This document shows positions 15,703-20,803 of a stretch of DNA of 20,803 nt, piece by piece. Both the position numbers and the translations under genes were made by a program. A model generated the notes under the pieces. The model was not told the DNA's origin, did not search any database, and saw only the letters and a list, made by a program, of their open reading frames with translations. Numbering within the stretch: the stretch's first letter is position 1; each line of letters begins with the position of its first letter. This DNA is from Abditibacteriaceae bacterium (GTDB lineage Bacteria > Armatimonadota > Abditibacteriia > Abditibacteriales > Abditibacteriaceae): the NCBI GenBank assembly GCA_031372065.1, contig JANMKN010000313.1, positions 1-20,803 of the forward strand. The letters are read 5' to 3'.

Positions 15703-18174
15703 TTAGCCTGAGCGATCATCGTTGAGAATCGTGCCTTGGCCTTGCCCATCCGCAATCGCGCCGCCACTGGAGCTGCCCAGATTCACGAAAAACGTCTCGT
15801 CGGCTTCATTGATTGTGTCGCCATTGATGGCAATCGTAATAATCTTTGTGGTCTCACCCGGCGCGAATGTCAGGGTGCCCCCTTGACCAACATAATCGCT
15901 TGGTTTGGTCGCGGTGCCATTGACTGCCTGATAAATGACCGTCACCGCTTCACCGCTCATCACTGATAATTTTACGGTGAAAACGAAATTAGTCGTGCCT
16001 GAATTACCCTCGGCTTTGCTCACATTGTTGATCGAAATTGTGTGGTCGTTATCGAGGATGCTGCCTTGTGCCAAACCATCGCTAATAGTGGCAAAAGTGG
16101 CGTTTTTAATCCCCACGCGAATGGTTTCGTTGGCTTCCTCCACCGTGTCAGCCAAAACGGGAACCACAATGGTTTTGCTGGTTTGGCCGGGGTTGAAGGT
16201 CATTGTGCCACTAATGGCCGAGAAGTCAACTCCGGCAGTGGCTGTGCCGCCGACTGTGGTGGCATATTCCACTGTGACCGTGCGGTTGGTAGCGCCACTC
16301 AAGGTCACAACATACAGTAAGTTATGGGCGCCGCGTCCGTCTTCGCTGACCGGATTGGCGTTTGCAATGCGAAGTGTTGGCAGTGGATCATCATCGGTGA
16401 TAGTGCCTTGCCCTATGCTGTCAGCGATGTTCGCGTTAGTGGCATTGGAGAGATTCACTTTGAAAGTTTCATTGCCTTCATCGGCAGTGTCGCCAAGCAC
16501 CATAACCGTGATGGTTTTGCTGGTTTGACCGGCAAGGAAAGTGCGCGAGCCACTGAGGGGTTTGTAATCAACCCCCGCGCGGGCGCTGCCGTCGGCTGTG
16601 ACAAAGTTCACGGTGACGGCTTTATCGCTGGCGGGTGAGAGTGTCACTGTAAACGTGGCATTAGTGGTGCCACTATTACCTTCGGTAACGGTTAAATTGT
16701 TGATGGAAAGGCTGGGAGCGGGGACTACTGCAACGCTGACTTTTGCTGTGTAAACATCAAAAGCCTTGAGCGTGCCATTGGGATTATTGCCCGTGCTGTT
16801 GGAATTGTCCGCCCATGAGGGATAAAAATTCCCTCCATAGAACGCGATCTCGTTGTAATCGCCGAACTCGTTAAGATTGTTAGCCGCCGCTGCATTGGAA
16901 GAGCCTTGGCTAACCTGTATGTTGGTGCCGAAGGAAGCGCCTCCATTGCTGCTGACGGCAGCAAAGAGTTGAGCATCGGTATTGGGCTGACTGTCATGGT
17001 CGGCGCCGCCACTGCCCGTGTCGTTGCGGCAGTCGTAGAAAGCCACAGCAATCTGGCCCGAAGTCGGATCAACCGCAATGGTTGGAAAAAACTGACTCTT
17101 GGTGCCCGTGTCGTCGTTGACGCGCACCGGGGCACTCCAAGTTGAGCCGTTGTTATCGGAAAAGCGCACAAAGATATTTGTGTCGCCGCTTTCGTCTGGC
17201 GCTTCATTGGTGTAGGACATATAAAGGCGGCCATTGTGCGCGCCGCCGCTGGTGTCCCAAGCGAGGTTGGCTTCTGCGTCCACGGAGCGGGAATTTTGTG
17301 GAGGGATGGTATCAAAACCGCCTACATTGGTGCCGGTGACCGTAATCGGCGCGCTAAAACCGCCCGCCGCCAGACCATTGGCATCCAAACTGGCGAAGAT
17401 GGTTTCTGGCCCTTCACCGTTTGCACCCTCTTGCCAGCAGACCAGCACCTGTCCGTTGGGGCCAATAGCAATGTCGCCAAAGTTGCCGGAGGAGCCGGGC
17501 ACACTCTGCGGTGTGCCAAACGTGCCGACTGTGCCGAGGCCAGTCACTTTGGCTCCGGCGGCAGTGATAACGCCGCTATCGGAATAATTTACCCACACTG
17601 TGCCAGCGCCCGTTGAAATCGTGGGTTGATCGCCCACAGCAAAAAAGGCGGCTTTGCCCGACAAACCGCCGGATTGTCCCGCACAATTCTGACACCAACT
17701 TTTAGACCGAAAAGAGGAAGAAGCGCGCGTGGAACGCACAGCGATTTTGGCCCGCTGTGTGAACGACTGACCGCCGTTGCTGCTGGAAATTACGACGACG
17801 TGCGGGCCGTTATTGAAATCGTTATCCAAATACGTCAAAAACAGATTACCAAATTTGTCGAAGGTGGCCTGACCATCACAACAAGCCGCCGGAATCGAAT
17901 CGCCGCCATCGGCAATGATGCCGTCTGAAGGGTCGGAATACCTCCACGTTGTGCCACCATCGGTGCTGTAGGCGGCAAACATTCCGTCGCCTGATAAATT
18001 CGAGGCCACAAAAAGCTGATTGGGATTAGTTGGGTTGATGGCAATGGTGGTTTCAGCTTGATAACCAGCGAGTTTGCTGACATTGATGTTTGTCGGCACC
18101 GCATGGGCCGCATCACCAAAAGACAAAGGCAGCATTAACCACAAGGCAACGGCGGAAGGCAATTTCAGTTTCAT
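15703..18174 (-). CDS. Secreted BNR/Asp-box (sialidase-like) beta-propeller protein with three Calx-beta domains
   Basis: Signal peptide ending in AHA; Asp-boxes STDGGTTW, SSNGGQSF, SDNNGSTW and SSNGGASF; three Calx-beta units of the type EGNSG...DY/DF...E.nETF.V.L...GTI.DD. AGGAG upstream of ATG 18174. Confidence 0.88.
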   Translation of the reverse strand: MKLKLPSAVALWLMLPLSFGDAAHAVPTNINVSKLAGYQAETTIAINPTNPNQLFVASNLSGDGMFAAYSTDGGTTWRYSDPSDGIIADGGDSIPAACCDGQATFDKFGNLFLTYLDNDFNNGPHVVVISSSNGGQSFTQRAKIAVRSTRASSSFRSKSWCQNCAGQSGGLSGKAAFFAVGDQPTISTGAGTVWVNYSDSGVITAAGAKVTGLGTVGTFGTPQSVPGSSGNFGDIAIGPNGQVLVCWQEGANGEGPETIFASLDANGLAAGGFSAPITVTGTNVGGFDTIPPQNSRSVDAEANLAWDTSGGAHNGRLYMSYTNEAPDESGDTNIFVRFSDNNGSTWSAPVRVNDDTGTKSQFFPTIAVDPTSGQIAVAFYDCRNDTGSGGADHDSQPNTDAQLFAAVSSNGGASFGTNIQVSQGSSNAAAANNLNEFGDYNEIAFYGGNFYPSWADNSNSTGNNPNGTLKAFDVYTAKVSVAVVPAPSLSINNLTVTEGNSGTTNATFTVTLSPASDKAVTVNFVTADGSARAGVDYKPLSGSRTFLAGQTSKTITVMVLGDTADEGNETFKVNLSNATNANIADSIGQGTITDDDPLPTLRIANANPVSEDGRGAHNLLYVVTLSGATNRTVTVEYATTVGGTATAGVDFSAISGTMTFNPGQTSKTIVVPVLADTVEEANETIRVGIKNATFATISDGLAQGSILDNDHTISINNVSKAEGNSGTTNFVFTVKLSVMSGEAVTVIYQAVNGTATKPSDYVGQGGTLTFAPGETTKIITIAINGDTINEADETFFVNLGSSSGGAIADGQGQGTILNDDRSG

Positions 18175-18335
18175 ATGCAGATTTCTCCTAAATCTCACGC
18201 CTGTCTCAGAAAATTCCAACAGACACACAAAAACCCGCCGTGCCTGCGGATTGCCTACCATTTTACAAAAAAATTGGGAAAGTCCACGCAAGATTCGCTG
18301 CGGCAACGGAGCTTGCGCGACGAAACCCATTGCGT

Positions 18336-19148
18336 TTACTTTTTGGCGTGCATTTGATGAAAAAAAATGCCCGCTGCGACGGCAACATTGAGCGAATCGC
18401 AACCCGGCGCGAGGGGAATGGTGACATGGAAATCGCACGCCGCAAGCCACTTTGTATCCAAGCCTTGATATTCGTTACCCAAAATTAAAACGGCGCGCTG
18501 TGGAAACTGGAAATGCCCTAACGAAACCGCGTTTTCATCATCTGCCACCGCGCCGATGAGCGAAAAACCGTGCGCTTGACGCAATGCGCCTAAATCGTCA
18601 AGCAAGTTTTCGGAAGTGGCAAACGGCAAATTCAACGCGCTACCCATGCTTTGCCGCAAACAACGCCGCGATAGCGGGTCGGCGCCGTTGTTTGCTAATA
18701 AAACACCGCTCAGGCCAAAGGCGCTGGCCGAACGCAAAAGCAGACCTAAATTCTCGCTCGTTTCCGTCGCCGGGCACGCCAAAAAATGAACGCGCTCGCC
18801 GATTTGTTCAAGCGCTTGCGAAACTAACTCCTGCGTTGTCGCAAACGGCACGCGGCGCCCGATTGCCAGCACGCCGCGATGAAAATCGAAGCCGACAATC
18901 TCGCGCATCAGCACTGCCGGAGCGATATAAAGCGATGTTTGCGGGTGCTGTGAATTTTGTAGTAGTTGCGCAAAGCGCGCGGCATTTTCTTCGGTTGTAA
19001 AAAGCGATTCAACCTCGAAACGGCTACCCAATAATCGCTCGGCGAGTAGGGTGCCTTCGGCGATAAATAAGCCCTCGGCGCGCAGATTTCGTTCGCGCAC
19101 GTTGCGATAAGGCGCGACGCGTGGATCATCAAGAGTCGTAATTTGCAT
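18336..19148 (-). CDS. TrmH/SpoU family RNA methyltransferase
   Basis: FIAEG, ENLG.LLRSA.AFG, LGNEYQGL, IPLAPGCDSLNVAVAAGI. Confidence 0.92.
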   Translation of the reverse strand: MQITTLDDPRVAPYRNVRERNLRAEGLFIAEGTLLAERLLGSRFEVESLFTTEENAARFAQLLQNSQHPQTSLYIAPAVLMREIVGFDFHRGVLAIGRRVPFATTQELVSQALEQIGERVHFLACPATETSENLGLLLRSASAFGLSGVLLANNGADPLSRRCLRQSMGSALNLPFATSENLLDDLGALRQAHGFSLIGAVADDENAVSLGHFQFPQRAVLILGNEYQGLDTKWLAACDFHVTIPLAPGCDSLNVAVAAGIFFHQMHAKK

Positions 19149-19927
19149 TACCAGCAAGTGTAGGCGCCATCTACGACAAGGTTAGTGCCGTTGGCAAAGC
19201 GCGCCGCATCGGAAGCCAAATACCAAACGGCGTGCGCGATTTCGGCAGGCTCACCAACGCGGCCCATCGGCGTCATGTCCAGCCATGTGCGTTTCCAATA
19301 TTCGTTTTCCATGCCCGCTTTTGTCATCTCGGTTCCGATGTAACCGGGCGACACGCAATTGACGCGCAAGCCGCGCCCGGCCCATTCGGCGGCGAGCGAT
19401 TTCGTTAGCATAATCACGCCCGCTTTGGAAGCGTTATATGCCGCTTGCGGCTGCGGCTTGTTGACGACGAGGCCCGACATCGAAGCGATGCTGACAATGG
19501 CGCCGCTGCCACGTTCGAGCATCCGCTTACCTACGCTGCGACAACACCAAAAAACGCCGTTGAGATTGACATCTAAAACCTCCAGCCATAAGTCATCCGG
19601 CGTTTCTTCGGCAGGGCAGTGACGGGCAATACCGGCATTATTTATCAGAATATCAATCTGCCCAAACTGCGTTATCACTTCGTCTGCCATCGCTTCGACG
19701 CTGCTTGGTTTTCGCACATCGGTTGCCACGAAATGCGCCTTGCGGCCCAAGGCGCGGATTTCCGCGAGGCATTCTTCAATCGTCGCGTTTTCGATTTCGG
19801 CGATAGCGATGTCAGCCCCTGCGCGGGCCAACGTGAGGGCGATTTCGCGTCCTATGCCGCGTCCGCCGCCGGTTACAATTGCCACGCGCCCACTCAAGTC
19901 AAATAATGTTCCGTTTGTGCTTTGCAT
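19148..19927 (-). CDS. Short-chain dehydrogenase/reductase (polyol dehydrogenase / sugar reductase-like)
   Basis: TGGGRGIG, NNAGI, ASMSG..VNKPQPQAAYNASK. Confidence 0.92.
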   Translation of the reverse strand: MQSTNGTLFDLSGRVAIVTGGGRGIGREIALTLARAGADIAIAEIENATIEECLAEIRALGRKAHFVATDVRKPSSVEAMADEVITQFGQIDILINNAGIARHCPAEETPDDLWLEVLDVNLNGVFWCCRSVGKRMLERGSGAIVSIASMSGLVVNKPQPQAAYNASKAGVIMLTKSLAAEWAGRGLRVNCVSPGYIGTEMTKAGMENEYWKRTWLDMTPMGRVGEPAEIAHAVWYLASDAARFANGTNLVVDGAYTCW

Positions 19928-20007
19928 AACTGCTTAGAGTTTATGCTGGCAAAAAGTGAGGCGAACGGCGGGCCAGAGATTTGATGTTGAATGCTGTGAC
20001 CAACAGC

Positions 20008-20047
20008 AAAAACGCGGCGAGAGAATGATTTCTCTCGCCGCGTTTTT
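20008..20047. terminator. Bidirectional intrinsic terminator
   Basis: AAAAACGCGGCGAGAGAA-TGAT-TTCTCTCGCCGCGTTTTT, a perfect 18-bp stem. Confidence 0.88.
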
Positions 20048-20052
20048 AATTT

Positions 20053-20115
20053 GCCTCCGGCTTCCTGCCTTCAGCTTCCCGCCTTCGGCTTCCCGCTTCC
20101 CGCTTCCTGCCTACG
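20053..20115. repeat. Nine tandem heptamers (GCYTYCN)
   Basis: GCCTCCG GCTTCCT GCCTTCA GCTTCCC GCCTTCG GCTTCCC GCTTCCC GCTTCCT GCCTACG; the last unit overlaps the stop codon of the orphan gene. Confidence 0.9.
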
Positions 20116-20491
20116 GATTCGGTGGCGTTGCCGGGCTACCCTGCTCTGTCGGGCCGGTGATACGATCTAACAAGGCTTCTTCGGCCTTGCCACGCAGAGC
20201 GCCGCGCAAAAGGGGTAGTAAGCCTTTGTTTAAAGCGTCTAACGCTGCGCCGTCAGCATCCATTTCAATCAACAACTGCACAATGGCTGTGATGTGACCT
20301 TGATAGGCCGTAGTTTTACCCTTGAGCGATTGAACTAAGGCCGCGATAGTCGCCATCTCGTGATCGGGCAAGTTTTGGTATTTGGTGCCTAATTGCCCCA
20401 ATACGCTGACGCCATCATCGCCGCGATCCACGATTTCCGTCAAATCCGAGTCCGTCTTTTGCCGCTCATACGGCACTGCAATGTCTGCCAT
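20111..20491 (-). CDS. Hypothetical 126-aa alpha-helical protein
   Basis: Strong GAGGAGG SD 6 nt before ATG 20491; amphipathic helices and a Pro-rich tail; downstream terminator. Confidence 0.8.
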   Translation of the reverse strand: MADIAVPYERQKTDSDLTEIVDRGDDGVSVLGQLGTKYQNLPDHEMATIAALVQSLKGKTTAYQGHITAIVQLLIEMDADGAALDALNKGLLPLLRGALRGKAEEALLDRITGPTEQGSPATPPNP

Positions 20492-20553
20492 TTCTGGCCT
20501 CCTCAAATATGAATTCCCTACCACGCAGGCAGGGTTACGACCAAAAATTCCAT

Positions 20554-20803
20554 TTTTCCCGCCAAGAAATCAAGAAAACTCACTCAGGTTTCTACTTTTC
20601 CCGCTGGGAAATGGTGCTACCTGACAAAGAAATCTCGTTTTCCCACTCAGATTTCTTGCTACCTGACTCAGGTTTCTCGCTACCTGACAAGGAAATCGAC
20701 TTTCCTCAGTGAGAAATCTCGCTACCTGACTCAGGTTTCTGCTTTTCCCACTGAGAAAACTCGATCCCTTAGTGAGAAAACGCCCTTTCCCACTAAGAAA
20801 AGC
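20554..20803. repeat. Degenerate 21-bp tandem array, at least 12 units, truncated by the window end
   Basis: Units start at 20554+21k with no indels; CTACCTGAC occurs at 20617, 20659, 20680 and 20722; TTTCCCRC-type units are interspersed. Confidence 0.93.

Noticed and set aside
18175..18450. 92-aa N-terminal extension of the Calx-beta protein (and similar extensions of ung and the 5997, 10059 and 14198 ORFs)
   Set aside because: The extensions overlap neighbouring genes or repeats, or precede clear RBS and signal-peptide starts.
20509..20803. Coding interpretation of the terminal 21-bp array
   Set aside because: The listed plus-strand ORF hits in-frame stops inside the array. One minus frame is open from the window edge to 20570 (RNLSQVA/RFLSGKS heptads) and its antisense frame is open without an ATG, but conservation follows dyad symmetry rather than codon position. 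Not fully excluded without upstream sequence.

Overview
Bacterial chromosomal window with about 21 CDSs; sampled coding lines are roughly 50-57% GC. The gene style tentatively suggests an Armatimonadota/Abditibacteriota-like soil heterotroph (inference only). The CDSs are: two tandem secreted discoidin (F5/8 type C) paralogs, ung, a VIT1/CCC1 transporter, an ABM-family protein with an iron-containing alcohol dehydrogenase, a membrane protein, three Gfo/Idh/MocA oxidoreductases with an SDR and a ROK kinase (putative sugar catabolism), a lower-GC HEAT-repeat protein, an Rrf2 regulator with a CX5R phosphatase/sulfurtransferase-like protein, an orphan helical secreted protein, a BNR-propeller/Calx-beta protein, a TrmH methyltransferase, a second SDR, and a 126-aa orphan. 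No rRNA, tRNA, cas, transposase, integrase or reverse transcriptase gene is visible. The unusual content is non-coding. Three indel-free, strictly phased arrays are built from pseudo-palindromic units whose centres flip orientation: 6 x 41 bp upstream of ung (2659-2904), 4 x 21 bp after the HEAT gene (8581-8664), and at least 12 x 21 bp (20554 to the window end). The last lies upstream of the 126-aa orphan, which is followed by a 9 x 7-bp repeat and a perfect 18-bp hairpin. That array-gene-heptamer-terminator cassette and the 41-bp array are the best candidates for an undescribed system; their function is unknown.
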